From: Candidatus Kapaibacterium sp.
GTDB lineage: Bacteria > Patescibacteriota > Patescibacteriia > UBA9934
Assembly: GCA_044350705.1 (NCBI GenBank)
Contig: JBILHA010000001.1
Coordinates: forward strand, 426,676 to 490,675
Reading direction: 5' to 3'
Length of the DNA: 64,000 bases
The notes beneath the pieces are model-generated. The model did no database searches. It was not told the origin of the DNA and was given only the letters and a program-made list of their open reading frames with translations. The position numbers and the translations under genes were made by a program. Positions 47,157 to 56,445 of the stretch are shown here, piece by piece; position 1 is the stretch's first letter; each line of letters starts with the position of its first letter.

Positions 47157-47420
47157 CTGAAATATATTGAGCCGTTCGCGTTTGATGCGATTCTTTATTG
47201 CCTTACGGATTATTCCCGATCTTTTTATCTGACGCTCACGTTTCGCTGCTTCGCTTTTTGTTGCAAACTCTTCTTTATGTATTACCCCATAAGGAGCATA
47301 CGGTGCAGATGAAATGACTTTTCCCGAGTTATGTATCGCGAGTCTCTCTTCAAGATTTGCGGTATGGCCAATGTACCATCGCCCATTCTTCTGACTTTCG
47401 AGAATGTACACGATATACAT
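47136..47420 (-). CDS. GIY-YIG nuclease family protein (small UPF0213/COG2827-like)
   Basis: MYIVYILESQKNGRWYIGHTANLEERLAIHNSG is a GIY-YIG motif. 94 aa. Its 3' end overlaps the 5' end of tRNA-Glu. Confidence 0.7.
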   Translation of the reverse strand: MYIVYILESQKNGRWYIGHTANLEERLAIHNSGKVISSAPYAPYGVIHKEEFATKSEAAKRERQIKRSGIIRKAIKNRIKRERLNIFQAPSSNG

Positions 47421-47512
47421 ATCGAGATTTGTCCCCGGCTACTTCGGCACGCATGTCTTTGCCGAAGGCCGGGTCCGGCCGTCCGGTTTTTATCTTTCCG
47501 GACGTAGCCGGA

Positions 47513-47534
47513 CTAACCGTTAGACGATGGAGCC
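47513..47534. repeat. 22-nt direct repeat copy of the tRNA-Glu 5' end (ctaaccgttagacgatggagcc), identical to 47135-47156
   Basis: Read directly. The two copies flank the GIY-YIG gene. Confidence 0.7.
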
Positions 47535-47645
47535 CGAATGGCATCTGACGTGCGCCAAGATACCATCTCTTCTTTGTTTTCGCAAGCCATAATCCTCCAC
47601 AGGATTCTCTCGACCAAATACGCTTATCTGCTATAACAGAAGCCT

Positions 47646-49475
47646 ATGTGTGGAATTATTGGGTTCGTCGGAAATGAAGACTGCGTCTCCTATCTTTTGG
47701 ACGGCCTCTCCATTCTCGAAAATCGTGGTTATGATTCCGCGGGCGTTGCAACGCTCGGAGCAAATGGCACCATGACCGTTTCAAAGTTCGCTAGTAAGAG
47801 CGCGAGCTCTGCCGATGCAATTGCGCGCCTGCGAAAAGAAGCCGCACGCCATGTTGGCCATGGCCTCGGCATCGGTCATACGCGTTGGGCAACCCACGGC
47901 GGAAAAACTGATGCAAATGCGCATCCGCATATGGATCAGAAAAAGCGGGTAAGCGTGGTGCATAACGGCGTGATCGAAAACTACGCTCCGCTGAAAAAGC
48001 AACTCATGGATAAGGGCGTATCGTTTTTGTCTGAAACCGATACCGAGGTGATCGCGCAGCTCATCGGCGTTGCACTTGATGAGGGAAGAGACCTCCAGGA
48101 TGCGGTGAAGCATGCACTTCAGCAACTCGAAGGCACGTGGGGGCTCGCCGTTCTCTCTCCGCTCCTTCCTGACGCCATCATCGTTGCAAAAAATGGAAGT
48201 CCGATCTGCATTGGACTTGGAGAACATAAAGCATTTGTCGCATCAGAACCTGCCGCATTTGGCATGGTCACGCGTGATTTCATTAGTCTTGAAAATGGCG
48301 AAATGGCCATTGTCCGTGCGGACCGCTCAGGCCTTGATCTTTCTCGCGTAGAAAAAGCGCCCGAAGATACTATCGCCACCTCCCCTGCTCCTCATCCGCA
48401 CTGGACGATTAAAGAAATTCTCGAACAACCTGAGGCCGTACATCGCACGCTCAACTATGGCGCTCGTCTTGAAGGTGAAAGCAAAGTGAAACTCGGCGGC
48501 CTTGAGCAGCGCCAGGAGGAACTCTGTACCATCAAGCATCTCGTTATTGCCGCGTGCGGCACGAGTTACCATGCGGGGCTCTATGGGGCCATGGCGATGC
48601 GCGCCATGAAAGCATTTACCACCGTCCAGGTCGTTGATGCCTCGGAAATCACCTCGCATCATTTTCCCAAAGAGGGCGCAGGGCTTCTCGTATTGTCGCA
48701 ATCCGGTGAAACGAAGGATACCCATCGTGCCGCTGTCCTCGCACAAAGCATGGGCATTCCCGTCTTTTCCGTGATCAACGCGGTCGGTTCACTCATCGCG
48801 CGTACCACAAAATGCGGCGTGTATCTCAATGCCGGTCGTGAACATGCAGTTGCTTCTACCAAAGCATTTGTCACGCAAGTGACTGCCCTTGAGATGATTG
48901 CGGTTTGGTTCGCGCAACACCGCAACGAAGAACTTTCTCGCCGTATTTCGGTTATTGAAGATCTCCGTCGTCTTTCCATGAACATACAAAAGACGCTGCA
49001 AACCCGAAGTGCATGCGAGGAGATCGCTCGGAATCTTCAAGGCGCTGATCATGCATTTATCCTCGGAAAAGGCCCGGGAGAGAGTATCGCTCGCGAAGGT
49101 GCGCTGAAAATCAAAGAGATTACCTATCTCCATGCCGAAGGCTATCCCGGTGGCGCGCTTAAACATGGACCCTTTGCGCTCATTACTGAAGGCACCCCCG
49201 TTATTCTCATTATTCTTGACGACGCGCATGCGCATCTTATGCGTACCGCTGCCGAAGAAGTTCGCGCACGAGGGGCCCATACCGTCGTGATTACCAACAA
49301 TATGAAACTCGCCGAAGGCGTTGCGGATGATGTCGTATGTATTCCTCGCGACGGTTCCCTCACCGCGCTTCTTGCGACCATTCCGCTTCAAATGATTGCG
49401 TACGAGCTTGCGGTGATCAAAGGCCTTCATCCGGATAAACCCCGTAATCTTGCAAAAGCAGTTACCGTTGATTAG
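47646..49475 (+). CDS. glmS: Glutamine--fructose-6-phosphate aminotransferase
   Basis: N-terminal MCGIIGFVG (Ntn Cys), two SIS domains, length 609 aa. Confidence 0.95.
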   Translation: MCGIIGFVGNEDCVSYLLDGLSILENRGYDSAGVATLGANGTMTVSKFASKSASSADAIARLRKEAARHVGHGLGIGHTRWATHGGKTDANAHPHMDQKKRVSVVHNGVIENYAPLKKQLMDKGVSFLSETDTEVIAQLIGVALDEGRDLQDAVKHALQQLEGTWGLAVLSPLLPDAIIVAKNGSPICIGLGEHKAFVASEPAAFGMVTRDFISLENGEMAIVRADRSGLDLSRVEKAPEDTIATSPAPHPHWTIKEILEQPEAVHRTLNYGARLEGESKVKLGGLEQRQEELCTIKHLVIAACGTSYHAGLYGAMAMRAMKAFTTVQVVDASEITSHHFPKEGAGLLVLSQSGETKDTHRAAVLAQSMGIPVFSVINAVGSLIARTTKCGVYLNAGREHAVASTKAFVTQVTALEMIAVWFAQHRNEELSRRISVIEDLRRLSMNIQKTLQTRSACEEIARNLQGADHAFILGKGPGESIAREGALKIKEITYLHAEGYPGGALKHGPFALITEGTPVILIILDDAHAHLMRTAAEEVRARGAHTVVITNNMKLAEGVADDVVCIPRDGSLTALLATIPLQMIAYELAVIKGLHPDKPRNLAKAVTVD

Positions 49476-49556
49476 CCCTCTTCTCACTTAAGCACAACTC
49501 ATTTTTTTTCTTGTGGTAAAGTATATTTACTCCCCAATTTATTCTTCTTTTTTCTT

Positions 49557-49880
49557 ATGTTGAGTAAAAAAGATCTTCTCCTTATTGGGGAAATGCTTGA
49601 TGAGAAGCTCGAGCAAAAACTCGAGCAAAAGCTTGAAGAGAAGCTTGAGCAAAAGCTTGAGCAAAAATTTACAGAAAAGCTTAAGGATTTTCCTACAAGA
49701 AAAGAGATGTTCGCCGCAATGGATCAACAACGTCGCGACATCATGCACGATACCCAATCTCTCCTCGCCTCTTCCCTTGCCGCATCCGAAAACCGCGTCA
49801 TCCACGAAATCTGCGGATTCATCGATGACGCTCTCCTTCCCCAAATAAACGATCTCCAAAGAAAAACCGCCTTAACATAA
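49557..49880 (+). CDS. Small hypothetical coiled-coil protein with (KLEQ)n repeats
   Basis: 107 aa, with KLEQKLEQKLEEKLEQKLEQ. It ends at a clean terminator. The antisense ORF is less protein-like. Confidence 0.45.
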   Translation: MLSKKDLLLIGEMLDEKLEQKLEQKLEEKLEQKLEQKFTEKLKDFPTRKEMFAAMDQQRRDIMHDTQSLLASSLAASENRVIHEICGFIDDALLPQINDLQRKTALT

Positions 49881-49890
49881 GGCGGTTTTT
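49861..49890. terminator. Bidirectional rho-independent terminator (aaaaccgcctt-aacat-aaggcggttttt)
   Basis: Perfect hairpin between the convergent coiled-coil ORF and murF. Confidence 0.65.
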
Positions 49891-51189
49891 CTATTTCTTT
49901 ATCCAATTCGTTTCTTGCCGCACAAGCATCTCACTTGCCTTCAGCGGTTCGGCCATAATGTCTTTTACCGCCTTTTCCATGCGCATACTTTGCGAACCCT
50001 TGATGAGTACGATATCTCCTCCTTGCACATGATGATCGAGGTAACGCCCTGCTTCTGTACTGTCTTTAAACCACTCAACACAATGACGGTCCATTCCTGC
50101 AGCAATCGCTTCATCCGCCGCAATGCGCATATTTGGTCCGACTGCTAAAAAGAGATCAGCAACTTCCGCTACGCGTCGTCCCATTTTACGGTGTTCTTGT
50201 TCGGTCATGGTTCCCAGCTCTGCCATATCTCCCAATACCGCAATATGACGGTCTTGTGTTTCTCCGGGGATAAATGCACTGAGCACATCAAGGGCCGCGA
50301 GCGTTGAGGCAGGAGCAGCATTGTAGGAATCATCGATGATGAGCGATCCGCGAATTCCTGAAATCGGATTGAGACGGCCCACGACGGGTTTTGTTTGTTT
50401 TTCTAGCGCGCGTACCGCAGTTTCAAGCGGAATATCGTAAAACCGTGCTACCGCACACGCTGCAAGCATCGAGGAAAGCACCGTTTCCGAGATACAGTTT
50501 ACCAGCGTGAGCGACACCTGCTCTCCCTGGGCAGTGATGGTTGCAGTGAGTCGTGAAAATTCTTCGCCTGGCATGAATTTTCCATCGCCATCTTTCTTGG
50601 TAAAGAATGCGACATCTTTTGCCATGATATCCGCTTCGTGGTGAATACCGTACGTCACCACGCGCGCACGGTAGCGATCCTTCATCGCACGCGTGTGCTC
50701 ATTGTCCATATTGAGCACCACAAGCCCTGTATCATCAACCTGATCACCCAGGGATGCTTTTTCTTCGATCAGCGCCTCATAGTTTGGATAATTTTCTACA
50801 TGCACAGGAGATACCGCGGTAATCACCGCCACCTCCGGTTTTGCAATCGTTCCTAAGTAGGCAATGTCTTTGGGCTTATCTGCACCGTATTCCAATACTA
50901 AATACTCGGGCATTTCTTCTTTCCCCATGTTTCGCACCAGCAGCTTTGCCCACTCCCATGCATTCCTTCCGGGGCTCGACTCTCCCAAAATCGCCAACGG
51001 AACACCGATCTCATTGTTATAATTTTTTGTTGCCGCTCTTACCCGGTATCGCGCAGAAAGCGCCTGAGCAATCGCGGTGCGCGTGGACGTTTTTCCTACG
51101 GAGCCGGTTACCGCAACGATGTGCGGGGCATGCGTTGCAATTTGCTTACGCGCTACCCGCGCTAAGAGGGTGTGGAAGAAAGAAGACAT
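49891..51189 (-). CDS. murF: UDP-N-acetylmuramoyl-tripeptide--D-alanyl-D-alanine ligase
   Basis: Mur ligase P-loop VTGSVGKTST and overall Mur ligase middle and C-terminal domains. 432 aa. Confidence 0.88.
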   Translation of the reverse strand: MSSFFHTLLARVARKQIATHAPHIVAVTGSVGKTSTRTAIAQALSARYRVRAATKNYNNEIGVPLAILGESSPGRNAWEWAKLLVRNMGKEEMPEYLVLEYGADKPKDIAYLGTIAKPEVAVITAVSPVHVENYPNYEALIEEKASLGDQVDDTGLVVLNMDNEHTRAMKDRYRARVVTYGIHHEADIMAKDVAFFTKKDGDGKFMPGEEFSRLTATITAQGEQVSLTLVNCISETVLSSMLAACAVARFYDIPLETAVRALEKQTKPVVGRLNPISGIRGSLIIDDSYNAAPASTLAALDVLSAFIPGETQDRHIAVLGDMAELGTMTEQEHRKMGRRVAEVADLFLAVGPNMRIAADEAIAAGMDRHCVEWFKDSTEAGRYLDHHVQGGDIVLIKGSQSMRMEKAVKDIMAEPLKASEMLVRQETNWIKK

Positions 51190-51195
51190 AGTTGG

Positions 51196-51930
51196 CTATA
51201 GGATACCATCTGCTCCCTCATCTTTCTGAGTATATCCGAAACCGTAGTGGAACTTATGGTGACGAATAGGTCCAAGGAAAAGGAGGTGTAATTCGGCGAG
51301 AATATACGTACACGCCATACGCATACGTCCGTCCCGCTCTTGTCGGCGCGTGGTTACCGCAATACGTACCGTATCCAAAAAACCAAATCTCCCCTGCTTT
51401 GCTGCTCGGCCAACATACTCATGATCTTCGCAAAACGTTACCGTCTCATCAAAACCCCCTATTTTTTCATGCAGTTTTTTTCGTACAAAAATACAAAACC
51501 CTGGTGCATGAGGACGTATACTCCCCCATAAACGCGCGTAAGCGTTGTAAAATGCATGCCCCGCCTTGTCATACCACGCGCCGTTTTCCAACCAAACATC
51601 TGCGGTTGCAACATCAAAATTTCTTTCTTCGCATTCCCGCATCGCACGTTCAAGAAAATCCCGCGTCGGTAAACGTACATCTGCATCAAGAAAAAGGATC
51701 ATCTCACTGGTTGCCGCACGAGCGCCAGCATTTCTCCCCGGACCAGGCAGTCCACCGTCTACAATGCGTGCTCCAAATGCAGTCGCGATTTCTCTTGTCT
51801 TATCGGTACTCTTTGCATCCGCCAAGATCATTTCATCTGCGGGACGAGTCTGTTCCTGTAAAGAAGTGAGCAGCGTTGAGAGCAGTGCTTCTTCATTTTT
51901 TGCGGGAATTACCACCGTGAGCGTCGGCAT
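51196..51930 (-). CDS. Glycosyltransferase family 2
   Basis: VVIPAKNEE...DAKSTDKT...LDADV (DxD) GT-A fold motifs. Confidence 0.8.
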   Translation of the reverse strand: MPTLTVVIPAKNEEALLSTLLTSLQEQTRPADEMILADAKSTDKTREIATAFGARIVDGGLPGPGRNAGARAATSEMILFLDADVRLPTRDFLERAMRECEERNFDVATADVWLENGAWYDKAGHAFYNAYARLWGSIRPHAPGFCIFVRKKLHEKIGGFDETVTFCEDHEYVGRAAKQGRFGFLDTVRIAVTTRRQERDGRMRMACTYILAELHLLFLGPIRHHKFHYGFGYTQKDEGADGIL

Positions 51931-51939
51931 AGGGCGTGT

Positions 51940-52752
51940 TTAAAATTTTTGCCACTCTTTCATTTTTTCTTTCATTTTCCTTATCACCTTTTCATCGTAA
52001 TCAAATCGATAATTAAATCGATCATGGTAAATGGGTCCCAAGAAGAGCAGGTGCATCTCTGCAAGGACGTATTTCATAGCAAGCCCCATTCTTCCCTCCT
52101 GATCAAAGCGACGGGTATTCAATCCTATTTTTACCGAATTGAGGAAACCGAATTTTCCCTCCTTTGCCGCACGCATAGAGTACTCTCGGTCTTCGCTGAG
52201 TTTTGCCTGTTCATCAAATCCGCCAATACGCTCATGCAATACTCTCCTTACGAGCATGCAACATCCGTGGCCGTGTGGCCAGACCTCTCCCCACATCCGT
52301 ACGTAGAAATTGGAAAAATCGTGACAAACTTTGTCATACATTTTTCCATCTGTGACGTAAAGATTTGCACTCGCAATATCCAGTTCACGCTCCTCAAACT
52401 CTTGCACGGCTTTTTTGATAAAATCCCTCTCTTGAAGCGTGACATCTGCATCCAGAAAAAGGATGAGTTCGCTTTTTGCGACTGCGGCTCCACGATTTCT
52501 CCCTACTCCCGGCATGCCGCCATCGACGACCCGAGCCCCAAAACGCCTCGCAATCTCGCGCGTCTTGTCGGTACTCTTTGCATCTGCCACAATAATCTCC
52601 TCCGACTGCAGCGTTTGCTTGCTGAGCGCAGTGAGGAGGAGCGGAAGCGTATGCTCTTCGTTCTTCGCAGGGATAACTACCGTAACCTTCGGCATATAAC
52701 CGTGATAATAGCAGATATGTTGGTCATCGCCCATAATATTCGAAGTTTGCAT
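51940..52752 (-). CDS. Glycosyltransferase family 2 (tandem paralog of 51196..51930)
   Basis: Same motif set (VVIPAKNEE...ADAKSTDKTREIARRFGARVVDGG...FLDADV). Long collinear similarity to its neighbour. Confidence 0.8.
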   Translation of the reverse strand: MQTSNIMGDDQHICYYHGYMPKVTVVIPAKNEEHTLPLLLTALSKQTLQSEEIIVADAKSTDKTREIARRFGARVVDGGMPGVGRNRGAAVAKSELILFLDADVTLQERDFIKKAVQEFEERELDIASANLYVTDGKMYDKVCHDFSNFYVRMWGEVWPHGHGCCMLVRRVLHERIGGFDEQAKLSEDREYSMRAAKEGKFGFLNSVKIGLNTRRFDQEGRMGLAMKYVLAEMHLLFLGPIYHDRFNYRFDYDEKVIRKMKEKMKEWQKF

Positions 52753-53163
52753 AACGTTGGCGCAATTTTTCGCAGTGCTGCCGCTTTTGGCGTAGAAAAG
52801 CTCTTTCTTACCGGCTACTCCCCCACCCCTCCTCGGAAAGAGATTGCCAAGGTCGCCCTGGGCGCTGAACGCCTCATCCCTTGGGAGCAGGGGGATATCC
52901 TTCCCGTTATTGAGCAGTGTAAAAAAGCAGGCTACACTGTGCTCGCCCTTGAACAGACGCCAGGGGCAAAGTTTCTCTCAGCAGTTTCGGGAGAAAAAAT
53001 TGCGCTCATCCTCGGAAATGAGGTCACCGGCATTGAACCTGAAGTTCTGGCCGTATGTGATGGCAGCGTGGTTATTCCGATGCACGCAAAACGATCGTTA
53101 AATGTGTCCGTCGCAGCGGGAGTCGCCATGTATGCATTGCGCATGCCGAAAATGGACCAATAG
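52727..53163 (+). CDS. SpoU/TrmH-family RNA 2'-O-methyltransferase (TrmL-like, about 145 aa)
   Basis: HNVGAIFRSAAAFGV and LILGNEVTGI SPOUT motifs. The longer track ORF (from 51949) is antisense to the GT2 gene in its N-terminal part, so the start is placed at ATG 52727. Confidence 0.75.
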
Positions 53164-53182
53164 ACGACGCCTGACATGTTAT

Positions 53183-53257
53183 GTTCCTATAGTTCAATGG
53201 ATAGAACGCTGGCCTCCGAAGCCGGAAATTGAAGTTCGAATCTTCATAGGAACACCA
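53183..53257 (+). tRNA. tRNA-Arg (anticodon CCG)
   Basis: Manually folded cloverleaf: acceptor GTTCCTA/TAGGAAC (perfect), D-arm GTTC-AATGGATA-GAAC, anticodon arm CTGGC-CTCCGAA-GCCGG, T-arm TGAAG-TTCGAAT-CTTCA, encoded CCA. Confidence 0.75.
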
Positions 53258-53277
53258 CTTTCAAACCCATCTTCACT

Positions 53278-54423
53278 ATGCTCAACTCACCTTGCCCCAA
53301 TCCTGATGTCTGCGGAAGCTGCGGATGGAGCCATATTCCGTACGAAAAACAGCTCAAACAAAAACTTTCTGATATTGAAGGCTCTTTTGCTTTGAAAGAA
53401 CTCCCCTATAAAGTTTCTGAAATTCTTCCCTCCCCAAAAATCGAACACTATCGCAATCGCATGGACTTTGTCATTGATTGGCAGGGCAATGTAGGACTTC
53501 GTGAAAAAGGAAAATGGTGGAAGGTGATTGATAACCATCCGTGTTTTTTAGCAGATGAAAAAATAGAAGCACTCTTTGCACGATGTCGAGACTGGGCAAA
53601 AACGTGCGGACTCTCTTTTTATGACCGTAAAGCCAATATCGGACTTTTACGCTATGCCGTGATTCGCTCAACGACCATTGGACAGACGATGGTTACGATC
53701 GTCACGAGCGCACCGTCGGATGAGACTGAGAAGAAAACGATTCTTGAGGCACTCCAAAAACTTGTAGATTCTTCCCCTACCACCCTCATCTGGGCAATCA
53801 ATCACACGGTGACCGATGTTTCTCATGGCGGAGAAAATATTGTTCTCCATGGTCCTGGATACATCGAAGAAGAAATCTCCGGCACGCGCTATCGCATTTC
53901 TCCCAATGCGTTCTTTCAAACAAATCCGCACGCCGCACCTCTTCTCCTCAAAACCGTCGCGGATTTCCTAGGAGACCTTACGGGCAAAACATTTCTTGAC
54001 CTGTACTGCGGAACGGGATTCTTTTCCCTCGCACTCGCAGGAAAAGCAAAGAGCACCATCGGCATTGAACTTGTTGAAGACGCTATCAAGGACGCGCAGG
54101 CAAATGCCGAACTCAATGGAATCTCCGATACCGTGGAATACATTGCCCAGCCTACCGAGCAGGTAAACTGGCTTTCCTATAACGCCGATGTCGTCCTTCT
54201 CGATCCACCTCGCGCAGGACTTCATCCTTCTACGCTTGAAGAGCTTACGCGAGAGAACCGACCCAAACACGTGGTCTACGTTTCCTGCAACTATAAAAAT
54301 CTTGCACGAGAGCTGGTGACGCTAAAAGATTTCTACGACGTCCTTGAAATCAAAGCTGTCGACATGTTCCCCCACACGCCACACGTTGAAGTGATTGCGA
54401 ATCTTGTAAAAAAGCAGCAATAA
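53278..54423 (+). CDS. 23S rRNA (uracil-C5)-methyltransferase RlmD/RumA family (TRAM-less)
   Basis: N-terminal Cys cluster CPNPDVCGSCGW, SAM motif LDLYCGTGFFSLAL, FFQTN and DPPRAGL motifs. Confidence 0.85.
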   Translation: MLNSPCPNPDVCGSCGWSHIPYEKQLKQKLSDIEGSFALKELPYKVSEILPSPKIEHYRNRMDFVIDWQGNVGLREKGKWWKVIDNHPCFLADEKIEALFARCRDWAKTCGLSFYDRKANIGLLRYAVIRSTTIGQTMVTIVTSAPSDETEKKTILEALQKLVDSSPTTLIWAINHTVTDVSHGGENIVLHGPGYIEEEISGTRYRISPNAFFQTNPHAAPLLLKTVADFLGDLTGKTFLDLYCGTGFFSLALAGKAKSTIGIELVEDAIKDAQANAELNGISDTVEYIAQPTEQVNWLSYNADVVLLDPPRAGLHPSTLEELTRENRPKHVVYVSCNYKNLARELVTLKDFYDVLEIKAVDMFPHTPHVEVIANLVKKQQ

Positions 54424-54455
54424 AAAATCCCCTCAGGACTGAGGGGATTTTTCTT
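54424..54455. terminator. Bidirectional rho-independent terminator (aaaaaatcccctcag-gac-tgaggggattttt)
   Basis: Perfect hairpin between convergent genes. Confidence 0.6.
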
Positions 54456-55260
54456 ATGCAGTTATTTTTCGCGTTGCGAGCATTTTTCTGTACATGAGCG
54501 CAGAAGCAATCATGTTAAACGCTCCGAGCGCGATACTCACCACAATCGCCCATACTGCCGCGACGATACCGATCAGACCCGTGATGAGCAATCCGTATTC
54601 CATCTGCATAACCACCGGAACGAAGGCTACCGCTAAAGGGATGATCACGAGCGCCATTCCTACGAGTGCGACGATGAGGCCGAACAGGAAAATATTCCAC
54701 CGGTTCCCTTTCGTCATTCTCCAGCTTTGCTTGAGTGCATCAATTGCTCCTGTGTTTTTCTCAACGATCGGATAGGTGTACATGGAAAATGCAACGCCGA
54801 GGATGATTCCCGGCACGATCAGCAGCACGAACCCTCCTAATATGGCGAGCACGTAAAGCATGGTCGCTCCGAGCAACATGAGCAGCATTCTTCCGTCAAA
54901 GAAAAAATATTGCTTAAAGGGCACGGTCTTATCTTCAGACGCATGCAATGCATACCGCGTAATAACGATCGCGAAATACATCTGGATCACCGTACTTACT
55001 ATTCCCAAAAGAACTACCGCAATTTCCGACCCTAGACTCTGCTCAAACGCATTCATGGAGTCGCGCAACTCGAATGCACCATTTATTTCAATGATGGTTC
55101 GCGCCACTTCAAATGGCGCGATTGCGAGGAGCCCTACAAGACCGATCAGAACATAGTTCGGCCAGTGCTTTTTTGTCAGCACAAGCGCACGATCCTTAAT
55201 TTCTTTTAAGGTAAATGAGGGTTGAAGCGGTTGCTGAGCCGCGGAAAGGGGTTCATTCAT
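54454..55260 (-). CDS. Hypothetical polytopic membrane protein
   Basis: 268 aa with about 6 TM helices. Confidence 0.55.
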   Translation of the reverse strand: MNEPLSAAQQPLQPSFTLKEIKDRALVLTKKHWPNYVLIGLVGLLAIAPFEVARTIIEINGAFELRDSMNAFEQSLGSEIAVVLLGIVSTVIQMYFAIVITRYALHASEDKTVPFKQYFFFDGRMLLMLLGATMLYVLAILGGFVLLIVPGIILGVAFSMYTYPIVEKNTGAIDALKQSWRMTKGNRWNIFLFGLIVALVGMALVIIPLAVAFVPVVMQMEYGLLITGLIGIVAAVWAIVVSIALGAFNMIASALMYRKMLATRKITA

Positions 55261-55334
55261 AGAAAAGTTTTATCTACCATGCGCGATTTTTGAGAAAGCT
55301 GTCAAGCGAGAGAACGAAATTCCCCCTTCCCTGA

Positions 55335-55565
55335 TTATCGAGCATCTCCCGCCACCGCAGCTTCACTTTCTCGCATTTTTGCTTCGAGATCCGCGATACG
55401 GCCACGCATCATGCTGTTTTCATTATTGAGCATGGTTATCACGAGCAGCGCTACACCGAGCGCAAGCATCGTAAGTACCCATTTTCTCCATGACTCTTGT
55501 GTCTCCTGCGCACGTACCGGTGCGCGTCCTCCGTTTTTTTTCATATACAAAAGTATAGCACGCAC
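55335..55565 (-). CDS. Small membrane coiled-coil protein (FtsB/FtsL-like septum protein candidate)
   Basis: 76 aa. One TM (WVLTMLALGVALLVITML), then a short coiled coil. Its start abuts the uppS stop. Confidence 0.35.
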   Translation of the reverse strand: MRAILLYMKKNGGRAPVRAQETQESWRKWVLTMLALGVALLVITMLNNENSMMRGRIADLEAKMRESEAAVAGDAR

Positions 55566-56437
55566 TAGACCCCAAACCTTCGTTGCCGTGATTGGTACGA
55601 ACGAAGCGCTCGCAGAAAATCGATCTTTCGAAACACGGGCCAGTGCACATCTACAAAATAGTACTCGCTGTACGCCGCTTGCCAGAGCAAAAATCCTGAA
55701 AGGCGCACTTCTCCTGACGTACGAATAATAAAATCGGGATCGGGAACGTCCGAAGAGTACAGGAAACGCGATACATCAGCTTCAGAGAATTGCTCGCGCG
55801 CTTCACGAAGCGCCGATCCCTTTTCCTCTTTCTCTCTTAAATACTTCTTTACGGCATCAACAATTTCCTCCCGTCCTCCATAGGCGAGCGCTACTTGCAA
55901 AAGCATTCCGGTACGATGAGCGGTGTTTTCTTCCAACTCTTTCCATGCCTCTTGTACTTCGCTACTTAAGAGATCTCTTCGTCCGATGACTTTAATACGA
56001 ATACCATGCTTTTCCATGTCACGATCTTTTGTCATCGCCTTTGCCTGGTCCACGAAGAGCTTCATGAGATCAGAAACTTCGTCTGTACTGCGTGAGAAAT
56101 TTTGCGTGCTAAATACCCAGATCGTCACAACAGGGATAGCGAGCGATCGACACCAACGGATGAGCGCTTTAACCGTTTCTGCGCCATGGCGGTGCCCTTC
56201 ACCGGGGTGAAGACCGAGTTCTTTTGCATACCGACGGTTTCCGTCGAGGATAACTCCAAGATGTTTTGGAAATACGCCATCTTTCCGTATTTCTCGTTCA
56301 ACCATCTGCTCGTACACCTCATAGAGGGGTCGCAATGCCCGTGAAACGATTTTCAACATATCAAAAAACATGCCATATTTGGCGAATATTTGCAACGAAT
56401 GGTTGCTTTTCTTCTCTTTTTTTGCTACTCTTTTCAT
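55565..56437 (-). CDS. uppS: Isoprenyl transferase (undecaprenyl diphosphate synthase)
   Basis: HLGVILDGNRRYA and later RTSGE...S.FLLWQ motifs. Confidence 0.9.
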   Translation of the reverse strand: MKRVAKKEKKSNHSLQIFAKYGMFFDMLKIVSRALRPLYEVYEQMVEREIRKDGVFPKHLGVILDGNRRYAKELGLHPGEGHRHGAETVKALIRWCRSLAIPVVTIWVFSTQNFSRSTDEVSDLMKLFVDQAKAMTKDRDMEKHGIRIKVIGRRDLLSSEVQEAWKELEENTAHRTGMLLQVALAYGGREEIVDAVKKYLREKEEKGSALREAREQFSEADVSRFLYSSDVPDPDFIIRTSGEVRLSGFLLWQAAYSEYYFVDVHWPVFRKIDFLRALRSYQSRQRRFGV

Positions 56438-56445
56438 GAAGAATC

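Noticed and set aside
47540-47645. glmS ribozyme in the 5' leader of glmS
   Set aside because: The leader is only about 100 nt and lacks the conserved glmS ribozyme core sequences. Probably plain UTR.
51949-52726. N-terminal two thirds of the 404-aa plus-strand ORF 51949..53163
   Set aside because: It is antisense to the well-supported GT2 gene 51940..52752 and has no motifs. Only the C-terminal roughly 145 aa (SpoU/TrmL motifs) are convincingly coding, so I placed the start at 52727.
53102-53395. 97-aa ORF spanning the tRNA-Arg gene
   Set aside because: It overlaps a well-folded tRNA and the start of the RlmD-like gene. No RBS or motif.
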